NCBI GenBank assembly: GCA_964462505.1
Contig: CAYWXE010000001.1
Location: 1-61,860, forward strand
Direction of reading: 5' to 3'
From: an uncultured archaeon
Lineage (GTDB): Archaea; Halobacteriota; Archaeoglobi; Archaeoglobales; Archaeoglobaceae
Length of the DNA: 61,860 nt
Below are positions 46,019-53,990 of the stretch, in pieces (the stretch's first letter is position 1; each line of letters begins with the position of its first letter). The translations under genes and the position numbers were made by a program. The notes below the pieces were generated by a model. It saw only the letters and a list, made by a program, of their open reading frames with translations, searched no databases and was not told the origin of the DNA.

Positions 46019-46876
46019 TCACCTCTTTAAAACGAGTTCTTCCTCAACATCGAAAGATATCATATCTCTCCTCTTCATTTCGAGAACGGTATCTATGACT
46101 TCACTTAAGCTCAATCCGGTTTTATCGGCTATCTCCGATACCTTGGCTTCTCTTTCAAAAACGCTCAAAATCTTAGCGGATTTAATAGCCGTATCTACAG
46201 TTTTTTCGAGAATCGAGATGTATTTATCCCTTGGAATCTTTTCTCCGTAAACGTTTCCCTCCTCGGTTATCTGTCTAAGTTTTGCTGTTAAAGTCCTTAC
46301 GTTTCTGTCCTCTACAACTGCTCTCATAATCTTGAGATCCGCCTTAATCGGATCTGAAACCAAATCTGGAAGTTTTTCGAGTGAATTAACTAATACAACT
46401 CTATCCTCCTCATCTCCCAACTTCTTGAGCAGAATTCTTAAAAGCTCAACCTTACTCCTCGCCTCCAAATTTCCATATCTATTTCTGCAATCCTCACAAA
46501 CCGCTACAACAACAGATTTAGCTCCTCTTTCAAATGCTTCAACTATTAGCCTTGGATCAAGTCTTGCACCGCAAAGCATTCTTATAAGTCCATCGTATTC
46601 CTTACCCTTCTCTGCAACTCTTCTGCATGCAAATATTGCAACATCTGCTTTAAATCCTTCAAGTAAACCCTCATCTGTGAACTTCTTAGCTCTCATGGAT
46701 AGAGCCATTGTTATGCATGAAGCTACACACAAACCGCAAACCCTACATTTGCCGGTTATCCTTGGAAAACCATCCTGCAACGAAAGTGCGTTATGTGGGC
46801 ATAGAGAAACGCAGATTCCACAACTAATACATCTACTTTCATCGAGGATAATCGGCTCTCTTTGCTCGGCTTCCAT
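46019..46876 (-). CDS. Fusion protein: 2x[4Fe-4S] ferredoxin, an MvhD-like domain, and a C-terminal winged-helix-like domain.
   Basis: CISCGICVSLCP / CRVCGLCVASC, then FACRR...MLCGARLDP...VVAVCEDC (MvhD pattern), then KVSEIADKTGLSLSEVIDTVLEMKRRDMISF. 285 aa. Confidence 0.6.
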   Translation of the reverse strand: MEAEQREPIILDESRCISCGICVSLCPHNALSLQDGFPRITGKCRVCGLCVASCITMALSMRAKKFTDEGLLEGFKADVAIFACRRVAEKGKEYDGLIRMLCGARLDPRLIVEAFERGAKSVVVAVCEDCRNRYGNLEARSKVELLRILLKKLGDEEDRVVLVNSLEKLPDLVSDPIKADLKIMRAVVEDRNVRTLTAKLRQITEEGNVYGEKIPRDKYISILEKTVDTAIKSAKILSVFEREAKVSEIADKTGLSLSEVIDTVLEMKRRDMISFDVEEELVLKR

Positions 46877-47036
46877 TTTTTCACCTCTCTGGTCATTTGA
46901 AGGTTAGAAGTTTGCTATTTAACTTTTCGTTTTTCTTATTCAAGAAATTATAGTTGTAAAGTTCAATTACAATTAGTAATTTTTCAAGATAGCTAATATT
47001 ACAAAGATTTAAATAACCCTCGTTGTCCTAGATATC

Positions 47037-48512
47037 ATGAAGACTATTGAAGAGATAAACGAGAGAATTAGAGAAGGTAACGTTTGCGTTGTAACAGCTG
47101 AAGAGATGAAAGAAATCGTTGAAAGCTTAGGTGTTGAAAAAGCTGCTAAAGAAGTCGATGTTGTAACAACTGGGACTTTTGGTGCCATGTGCTCATCAGG
47201 TGTTTTCATGAACTTCGGGCATTCCGATCCGCCGATAAAAATGCAGAGGGTTTGGCTGAACGACGTCGAAGCTTATACGGGAATTGCGGCTGTTGACGCA
47301 TATCTCGGAGTAACTCAGATCTCTGAGAGTAGAGAAGATTACGGAGGGGCTCATGTGATTGAAGAGCTTGTGAGCGGTAGAGAAGTTGAATTGAGGGCTG
47401 TAGGTTATGGAACTGACTGTTATCCAAGGAAGGAGATAGTTACAGAGATATCACTTGAAGATCTAAATCAGGCTGTAATGGTTAATCCGAGAAACGCATA
47501 TCAGAGGTATAGAGCTGCAACGAACTCTTCAGACAGAGTTTTGAGGACTTACATGGGAACACTCCTTCCAAACTTCGGTAATGTGACATTTGCTGGATGC
47601 GGTGAGATATCCCCTCTAAACAACGATCCAGAGTTTAGAACGATAGGTATTGGGACTCGAATATTTTTGTGCGGTGCAAAGGGTTACATAATCGGTGAGG
47701 GAACACAACACTCACCACCCTTTAGTACTCTAATGGTCAAAGGAAACCTCAGAGAGATGAAACCCGAATACATGCGCGCAGCCGTTTTTCCGGGATACGG
47801 TGTTACGATGTTCGTGGGAATAGGAATACCCATCCCGATTTTAGATGAAGAGATGGCTAAGTTTACCGCTGTAAGGGATAAGGAAATAGTAACGGAAATC
47901 ATAGACTTTGGAGTTCCAAGGAGGAGTAGACCGATTGTTAGAAGGGTCACGTATGAAGAGCTAAAGAGTGGAAGAGTGGAGATAAACGGAGAAGATGTAA
48001 GGGTTTCTCCACTTTCAAGCTTTTACATGGCGAGGAAGATAATGAAAGACCTCAAGAAACTGATTGAAAAAGGAGAGTTTTACCTGACCAAGCCTGTCGA
48101 AAGATTGCCGAAGAGAGGTGAGCTGAAGCCGATGAGACAGAGGGAGATAAAAGTCGTTAGAAGTGTTATGACTTCAGCAATAACTGTGAGTGAAGAGACA
48201 ACTATTGAAGAAGCTGCGAGGATTATGATCGAGAGAAGTGTAAATCACTTGCCAGTCGTTACACCGGATGGAGTTTTAGTTGGGATTGTCACATCTTGGG
48301 ATATAGCAAAAGCAGTAGCATTGGGCAAGAGGGGAAGCGTTAGAGAAGTGATGACTAAGAATGTGATCGTCACACATCCAGATGAACCCGTTGAAATAGC
48401 CGCTAAAAAGATGGAGGAACACGACATATCTGCCTTGCCAGTTGTGGACGCTAAAAGGAGAGTCATAGGATTGGTGACAAGCGAAGATCTAAGCAGATTG
48501 GTTGCAAGGTGA
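47037..48512 (+). CDS. COG1900/DUF39 homocysteine-biosynthesis protein with a C-terminal CBS pair.
   Basis: VVTAEEM...VDVVTTGTFGAMCSSG... DUF39 core, followed by two CBS repeats (VMTSAITV..., VMTKNVIV...). 491 aa. Confidence 0.85.
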   Translation: MKTIEEINERIREGNVCVVTAEEMKEIVESLGVEKAAKEVDVVTTGTFGAMCSSGVFMNFGHSDPPIKMQRVWLNDVEAYTGIAAVDAYLGVTQISESREDYGGAHVIEELVSGREVELRAVGYGTDCYPRKEIVTEISLEDLNQAVMVNPRNAYQRYRAATNSSDRVLRTYMGTLLPNFGNVTFAGCGEISPLNNDPEFRTIGIGTRIFLCGAKGYIIGEGTQHSPPFSTLMVKGNLREMKPEYMRAAVFPGYGVTMFVGIGIPIPILDEEMAKFTAVRDKEIVTEIIDFGVPRRSRPIVRRVTYEELKSGRVEINGEDVRVSPLSSFYMARKIMKDLKKLIEKGEFYLTKPVERLPKRGELKPMRQREIKVVRSVMTSAITVSEETTIEEAARIMIERSVNHLPVVTPDGVLVGIVTSWDIAKAVALGKRGSVREVMTKNVIVTHPDEPVEIAAKKMEEHDISALPVVDAKRRVIGLVTSEDLSRLVAR

Positions 48513-48522
48513 GGTGATTTGA

Positions 48523-48909
48523 ATGCTCTTACTCCTTAGATACGATTCTAAGACTGTTAAACAGCCTGTGATTTCGAGGGCTACGCTGAAAACAGGTGCT
48601 TTGATAAACATACTAAGAGCTACAGTAGGTGCTAGGAGAGGAGAGATAGTAATAGAAGTCGAAGATGAGAAGGCGAGAGATGTTGAGAATGTGCTAAAAG
48701 AGATGGGTGTAGAAGTAATAGAACTCATTGGAGCAGTTGTTAAGGATGAAAGCAAATGCATCCATTGTGGTGCTTGTATAAGCATATGCCCAACCGAGGT
48801 TTTTAGATTCGACAACGAAATGAGAGTTATAGCTGAAGCTGAAAGATGCGTTCACTGCGGAGCTTGTATAAGGGTTTGCCCAACAAATGCGTTGAGTTTG
48901 CCCGTTTAG
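48523..48909 (+). CDS. NIL-domain / 2x[4Fe-4S] ferredoxin protein, partner of the COG1900 protein.
   Basis: N-terminal NIL region (PVISRATLKTGALINILRA), then CIHCGACISICP and CVHCGACIRVCP. 128 aa. Confidence 0.75.
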   Translation: MLLLLRYDSKTVKQPVISRATLKTGALINILRATVGARRGEIVIEVEDEKARDVENVLKEMGVEVIELIGAVVKDESKCIHCGACISICPTEVFRFDNEMRVIAEAERCVHCGACIRVCPTNALSLPV

Positions 48910-49076
48910 ATTGTGTATTGATGATAATCCGTATTCACAAGAATTGACGCAGAAAGGAGGTTTTAGATCATTGCCCAATTGGGTATGGGGATTCATTCGT
49001 ACAACATAAATGCTACCCATTGACATGTGGGCACTGAGGAAGAATCCGCTGAAGTATGACGTATAACACGGGCAAC

Positions 49077-49760
49077 TTAATAGAAGTATAATTCCTCTAA
49101 GTCCTTTAACTCATCTATACTACCCTCTTTTACTATTTCTCCCCTCATCAAGACATAAGCCCTATCGGCTAATTCAAATGCTATGTGGACGTTTTGCTCA
49201 ACTATCAGAATCGAAAGCTTTGAAACCTCTTTAATTCTCTTAAGTGTTTCAACTATCCTATCGATTACAACTGGTGCTAAACCCATCGACGGCTCATCTA
49301 AAAGCAACAACTTCGGATTTGACATCAAAGCCCTTGCAATCGCTAACATCTGCTGTTCTCCACCACTCATAGTCTTTGCAACCTGTTTCCTTCTCTCTTT
49401 AAGTCTTGGAAATAGGCTGAATACATATTCTAACCTATCTTCATAGCTATCACACGAAATAGCCCCAAGTAATAAGTTGTCCTCAACAGTCATATTCAAA
49501 AACAATCTTCTACCCTCTGGACATATCGATATTCCCCTTCTAATCCTCTCATGCGGTTTTAAATTGGAGATATCCTCACCATTAAATAGAATTCTCCCAT
49601 TAGTTTTCACAACACCGCATATCGATTTCAAAAGAGTAGTCTTTCCAGCCCCATTTGGGCCGAGGACAGCTATAGTTTCACCCTTTTTAACTTCTATATT
49701 TACATCCCTTAAAACCGTTAATTTATCGTAGTATGCGTATAGGTTTTCAACCCTTAACAT
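49077..49760 (-). CDS. livF: Branched-chain amino acid ABC transporter ATPase, LivF type.
   Basis: Walker A GPNGAGKTT, RRGISICPEGRRLF, signature SGGEQQ, Walker B LLLLDEPS. Confidence 0.85.
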   Translation of the reverse strand: MLRVENLYAYYDKLTVLRDVNIEVKKGETIAVLGPNGAGKTTLLKSICGVVKTNGRILFNGEDISNLKPHERIRRGISICPEGRRLFLNMTVEDNLLLGAISCDSYEDRLEYVFSLFPRLKERRKQVAKTMSGGEQQMLAIARALMSNPKLLLLDEPSMGLAPVVIDRIVETLKRIKEVSKLSILIVEQNVHIAFELADRAYVLMRGEIVKEGSIDELKDLEELYFY

Positions 49761-50442
49761 AACTCCCTCCTAAGTAAGCTTCTATGACCCTCTTATCTCT
49801 AACAGCCTCCTTTGGCTGACCTTCAAATATAATTTCACCGAAGTTCAAAACCAAAACCCTTTCAGCTACATCAAACAGCTCTTTGAGTTTATGCTCTATC
49901 ACGATCTGCGTAATTCCGTCTTCTCTCAATCTATTTATTACTTCTATTAGCTCTCTCGACTCCCTTGGACTTAATCCGGAAAACGGTTCATCCAAAAGTA
50001 ACAACTTAGGCTTTGCTACGAGTGCCATTGCAATGCTCAACTTCCTTAGCTCTCCTTGAGATAGATTTTTCGCTGGAATACTTCTCTTCTCCCACAATCC
50101 GAAATCCCTCAGTATTTCTAGGCTTGAATCGCTATAGGAATTAGCAACTAGAACGTTTTCTTCAACGCTTAAGTTCTTGAAAACCTTTACTATTTGAAAA
50201 GTCCTTATCAAACCCAGTCTCGCTATTTTACTCGGTTTCTTTCCAGTTATGTTAACACCTCTGAATCTCACATCCCCACAGTCGGGTTTTAGAAAACCTG
50301 AGATTACGTTGAAGAGTGTAGTCTTACCAGCACCGTTTGGCCCTATTATTCCAAGGCATTCTCCACTGTCTACATGAAAGCTCACGTCTTTTAGTGCTAT
50401 GAGTTCTCCGAACTTTTTAGTAACACTCTTGACTTCCAGCAT
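49747..50442 (-). CDS. livG: Branched-chain amino acid ABC transporter ATPase, LivG type.
   Basis: GPNGAGKTT, GLIRTFQ, LSQGELRKL, LLLLDEPF. Confidence 0.85.
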   Translation of the reverse strand: MLEVKSVTKKFGELIALKDVSFHVDSGECLGIIGPNGAGKTTLFNVISGFLKPDCGDVRFRGVNITGKKPSKIARLGLIRTFQIVKVFKNLSVEENVLVANSYSDSSLEILRDFGLWEKRSIPAKNLSQGELRKLSIAMALVAKPKLLLLDEPFSGLSPRESRELIEVINRLREDGITQIVIEHKLKELFDVAERVLVLNFGEIIFEGQPKEAVRDKRVIEAYLGGSYVKG

Positions 50443-50497
50443 GTTACAATGTTTCTAACTAGCAAAGTTTATATACTTTACTATTACTCCCTTAACC

Positions 50498-51826
50498 ATG
50501 TTTAGATGGGTAGCGATGGCATTACTACTAGTAATATTAGCAGTGAGTGTTCAAGCGAAGGAGGAGGTAGTTATAGGGGTAATAGGGCCGATGTCGTTGC
50601 CTGAGGGGCAAGCTGAGCTAAAAGCTGTTAAATTAGCTGTTGAAGAGATAAATGCGAAAGGAGGAATATTGGGATTACCAGTTAGAGTAGTATGGGGAGA
50701 TACTAAGTTAGATCCAAATACAGCCACTTCAGAGTTCAGAAGATTGGCTACAGTAGAAAAAGCCGATGTCATAATCGGCGGATTTTCAAGTGGTGTAATG
50801 TTATCCATGATGGAAACTATGGCCGAAACTAAAACGTTGTTCTTAGCGGATTCATCATCTCCCGCTTGTGCTGAAAAAGTCGCAAGCAACTACGAGAGGT
50901 ATAAGTACTGGTTTAGGATAAGTCAAAACAACGGAACAACTTTCGCTTTGGATTTGGCAGATATGATTAAGTTCCTAAGAGAGAACGGCTATGAAGTAAA
51001 GAAGGTTTATATAATAAGGGATGAGCACATATGGACGGATGCTGTTATGGCAAAGCTTAGGCCATTGCTTGAGGGGATGGGGGTAGAGATTGTTAAGGAT
51101 GTAAGAGTTCCAAGGGGATATACAGAGTATGAACAATTAATACTCGAAGCTGAAGACCTTAAAGCCGATCTAATAATGCCTATCCTCGCTATCGCCGGAA
51201 CCGGCGATATCCTCGCTAAGCAGTGGGGAACCCTCAAACCAAAAATCTTACTTGCTGGAAGTGATGTCGCCGCATGCGACGATCCAGAGTTTTACAACAA
51301 GACGAATGGCTTAGCAAATTACGAGATCTTTATAACGCACGGTGGTGTAGTGATTACGGCACCTCCAACTGAGATGTGTAAACACTTCATAGAAGCTTAT
51401 AAAGCTAAGTATGGTCACTATCCAGAAGCTATGCAGGCGTATGGAGCTTACGATGCAGTATACTTGTACAAGACTGTTGTAGAGATGGCAGCTAAGGCTA
51501 ACGAAACTAATCCTTTCGATCCAGATGTGATAGTCAGATATGTTGAGAGATTCAACGAATCGAATCCAATTGAGCTTACAAGAGTAATAGCGTTCTACAA
51601 GAACCACGATCTCGTTTGGGGTGATGAGTTTGTCAGAAACTGGATATCTCAGTGGCAAGATGGGAAGCAGTATATAATACATCCAGAGAACGTAGCAAAC
51701 GGAAAGTTAAAGCTACCTCCTTGGTTTAAAGAAGAAGAAAAACCTAAAACTCCAGGATTTGGGCTCTTGTCAGCATTTTCATCCCTGATCTTGCTATATT
51801 TAGTTAAAAGGAGGATTAAGCTATGA
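50498..51826 (+). CDS. Liv-type (type I periplasmic-binding fold) solute-binding protein, copy 1, with a PGF-CTERM-like anchor.
   Basis: Signal peptide; VIGVIGPMSLPEG...AVKLAVEEINAKGGILG; C-terminal TPGFG plus a hydrophobic helix plus KRRIKL. 442 aa. Confidence 0.85.
   Translation: MFRWVAMALLLVILAVSVQAKEEVVIGVIGPMSLPEGQAELKAVKLAVEEINAKGGILGLPVRVVWGDTKLDPNTATSEFRRLATVEKADVIIGGFSSGVMLSMMETMAETKTLFLADSSSPACAEKVASNYERYKYWFRISQNNGTTFALDLADMIKFLRENGYEVKKVYIIRDEHIWTDAVMAKLRPLLEGMGVEIVKDVRVPRGYTEYEQLILEAEDLKADLIMPILAIAGTGDILAKQWGTLKPKILLAGSDVAACDDPEFYNKTNGLANYEIFITHGGVVITAPPTEMCKHFIEAYKAKYGHYPEAMQAYGAYDAVYLYKTVVEMAAKANETNPFDPDVIVRYVERFNESNPIELTRVIAFYKNHDLVWGDEFVRNWISQWQDGKQYIIHPENVANGKLKLPPWFKEEEKPKTPGFGLLSAFSSLILLYLVKRRIKL
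50549..51753. repeat. Direct repeat unit 1 of a perfect tandem duplication (1,205 bp, period 1,322 bp).
   Basis: The identical translations in the forward ORFs, and in three reverse-strand shadow ORFs, match those of the second unit. The boundaries were read base by base. Confidence 0.85.
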
Positions 51827-53139
51827 ATAAGCTTCTTTTGATTTTAATAATTTTTTTAGCAATAGCAGGGGTTCAAGCGAAGGAGGAGGTAGTTATAGGG
51901 GTAATAGGGCCGATGTCGTTGCCTGAGGGGCAAGCTGAGCTAAAAGCTGTTAAATTAGCTGTTGAAGAGATAAATGCGAAAGGAGGAATATTGGGATTAC
52001 CAGTTAGAGTAGTATGGGGAGATACTAAGTTAGATCCAAATACAGCCACTTCAGAGTTCAGAAGATTGGCTACAGTAGAAAAAGCCGATGTCATAATCGG
52101 CGGATTTTCAAGTGGTGTAATGTTATCCATGATGGAAACTATGGCCGAAACTAAAACGTTGTTCTTAGCGGATTCATCATCTCCCGCTTGTGCTGAAAAA
52201 GTCGCAAGCAACTACGAGAGGTATAAGTACTGGTTTAGGATAAGTCAAAACAACGGAACAACTTTCGCTTTGGATTTGGCAGATATGATTAAGTTCCTAA
52301 GAGAGAACGGCTATGAAGTAAAGAAGGTTTATATAATAAGGGATGAGCACATATGGACGGATGCTGTTATGGCAAAGCTTAGGCCATTGCTTGAGGGGAT
52401 GGGGGTAGAGATTGTTAAGGATGTAAGAGTTCCAAGGGGATATACAGAGTATGAACAATTAATACTCGAAGCTGAAGACCTTAAAGCCGATCTAATAATG
52501 CCTATCCTCGCTATCGCCGGAACCGGCGATATCCTCGCTAAGCAGTGGGGAACCCTCAAACCAAAAATCTTACTTGCTGGAAGTGATGTCGCCGCATGCG
52601 ACGATCCAGAGTTTTACAACAAGACGAATGGCTTAGCAAATTACGAGATCTTTATAACGCACGGTGGTGTAGTGATTACGGCACCTCCAACTGAGATGTG
52701 TAAACACTTCATAGAAGCTTATAAAGCTAAGTATGGTCACTATCCAGAAGCTATGCAGGCGTATGGAGCTTACGATGCAGTATACTTGTACAAGACTGTT
52801 GTAGAGATGGCAGCTAAGGCTAACGAAACTAATCCTTTCGATCCAGATGTGATAGTCAGATATGTTGAGAGATTCAACGAATCGAATCCAATTGAGCTTA
52901 CAAGAGTAATAGCGTTCTACAAGAACCACGATCTCGTTTGGGGTGATGAGTTTGTCAGAAACTGGATATCTCAGTGGCAAGATGGGAAGCAGTATATAAT
53001 ACATCCAGAGAACGTAGCAAACGGAAAGTTAAAGCTACCTCCTTGGTTTAAAGAAGAAGAAAAACCTAAAACTCCCGGGTTTGAATTGGCTTTAGCCGCG
53101 TTGGCAGTAGTAATAGCGATTGCAAGAGCAAGAAAATGA
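51823..53139 (+). CDS. Liv-type solute-binding protein, copy 2, with a PGF-CTERM-like anchor.
   Basis: The mature domain is identical to copy 1. The signal peptide differs, as does the C-terminal TPGFE plus hydrophobic helix plus RARK. 438 aa. Confidence 0.85.
   Translation: MNKLLLILIIFLAIAGVQAKEEVVIGVIGPMSLPEGQAELKAVKLAVEEINAKGGILGLPVRVVWGDTKLDPNTATSEFRRLATVEKADVIIGGFSSGVMLSMMETMAETKTLFLADSSSPACAEKVASNYERYKYWFRISQNNGTTFALDLADMIKFLRENGYEVKKVYIIRDEHIWTDAVMAKLRPLLEGMGVEIVKDVRVPRGYTEYEQLILEAEDLKADLIMPILAIAGTGDILAKQWGTLKPKILLAGSDVAACDDPEFYNKTNGLANYEIFITHGGVVITAPPTEMCKHFIEAYKAKYGHYPEAMQAYGAYDAVYLYKTVVEMAAKANETNPFDPDVIVRYVERFNESNPIELTRVIAFYKNHDLVWGDEFVRNWISQWQDGKQYIIHPENVANGKLKLPPWFKEEEKPKTPGFELALAALAVVIAIARARK
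51871..53075. repeat. Direct repeat unit 2 of the perfect tandem duplication.
   Basis: See unit 1. The first mismatches are at 50548/51870 and 51754/53076. Confidence 0.85.
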
Positions 53140-53990
53140 TCGAAGTAGTTGTGAGAATACTCGTGTTCGGTGCAGTCGTAAGCGGAATTTGGGCATTGGT
53201 TTCTTCAGGCTTTTCTTTAATTTTTGGAGTTGCGAGGATTCTGAACTTCGCTCATGGAACTCTATTCGTTATATCTGCATACACGGCAATATATCTAATG
53301 AGTATAGGTGTAAATGAGTGTTTAGCTTTAACAGCTGGAATTGCGATTTCAAGCGTTATAGGAGTTTTGATATACAAGCTGATCTCTCCGATAAGAGAAC
53401 ACGAGATAATGGTTGTAATTGTAACACTTGCAATAGCCCTTTTAGCCATGCAAATACTTCTAATACTGTTTGGAGAGCATGGGATGTCTTTAACACCGAT
53501 TATAAGCGGGGTTCAGAAGATTGCCGGAGTTAGGATTACTAACATCAGAATACTTTCGGTTTTCGTAGCCTTAGCAGTCCTAATACTCCTTGAATACTTC
53601 ATAACCAAGACTAGGCTTGGAAAGATGATTACTGCTACTTCCGAAGATGCAGAAGCGGCGATGCTTATAGGAATAGACGTAGAAAGGATTTACACTGTCA
53701 CTTTTTTAATCTCTTCAGCGTTAGCTGGAATCGCTGGATTGCTTTACGCTCAGATATTTGCAGTAACGCCAGAGGTTTCGCTTAAAGCTTTGATATACGC
53801 TTTTGCAATAGTCATCTTAGGTGGTTTGGGTAGTTTAAGAGGGAGTATATTGGCATCGTTCATAATTGGATACATACTCGTTGTAACAATAAACTTCTTG
53901 GGTGCGAGGTGGTCGGAGTTCGTAATGCTTCTAACGATCATTACAATACTAATCGTAAAGCCAACTGGCTTGTTTGGAGTGGAGGAATGA
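53136..53990 (+). CDS. livH: Branched-chain amino acid ABC transporter permease, LivH type.
   Basis: 284-aa polytopic protein with FGVARILNFAHG and a C-terminal LGGLGSLRGS. Confidence 0.85.
   Translation: MIEVVVRILVFGAVVSGIWALVSSGFSLIFGVARILNFAHGTLFVISAYTAIYLMSIGVNECLALTAGIAISSVIGVLIYKLISPIREHEIMVVIVTLAIALLAMQILLILFGEHGMSLTPIISGVQKIAGVRITNIRILSVFVALAVLILLEYFITKTRLGKMITATSEDAEAAMLIGIDVERIYTVTFLISSALAGIAGLLYAQIFAVTPEVSLKALIYAFAIVILGGLGSLRGSILASFIIGYILVVTINFLGARWSEFVMLLTIITILIVKPTGLFGVEE

Noticed and set aside
48910-49076. A 167-bp convergent spacer between the NIL-ferredoxin gene and livF, scanned for a C/D or other small RNA. It also holds the 110-aa track ORF at 48694-49026.
   Set aside because: There are TGATGA- and CTGA-like strings, but none with the 12-nt guide spacing. 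No convincing extended helix was found by eye. The ORF is antisense to the ferredoxin gene for much of its length.
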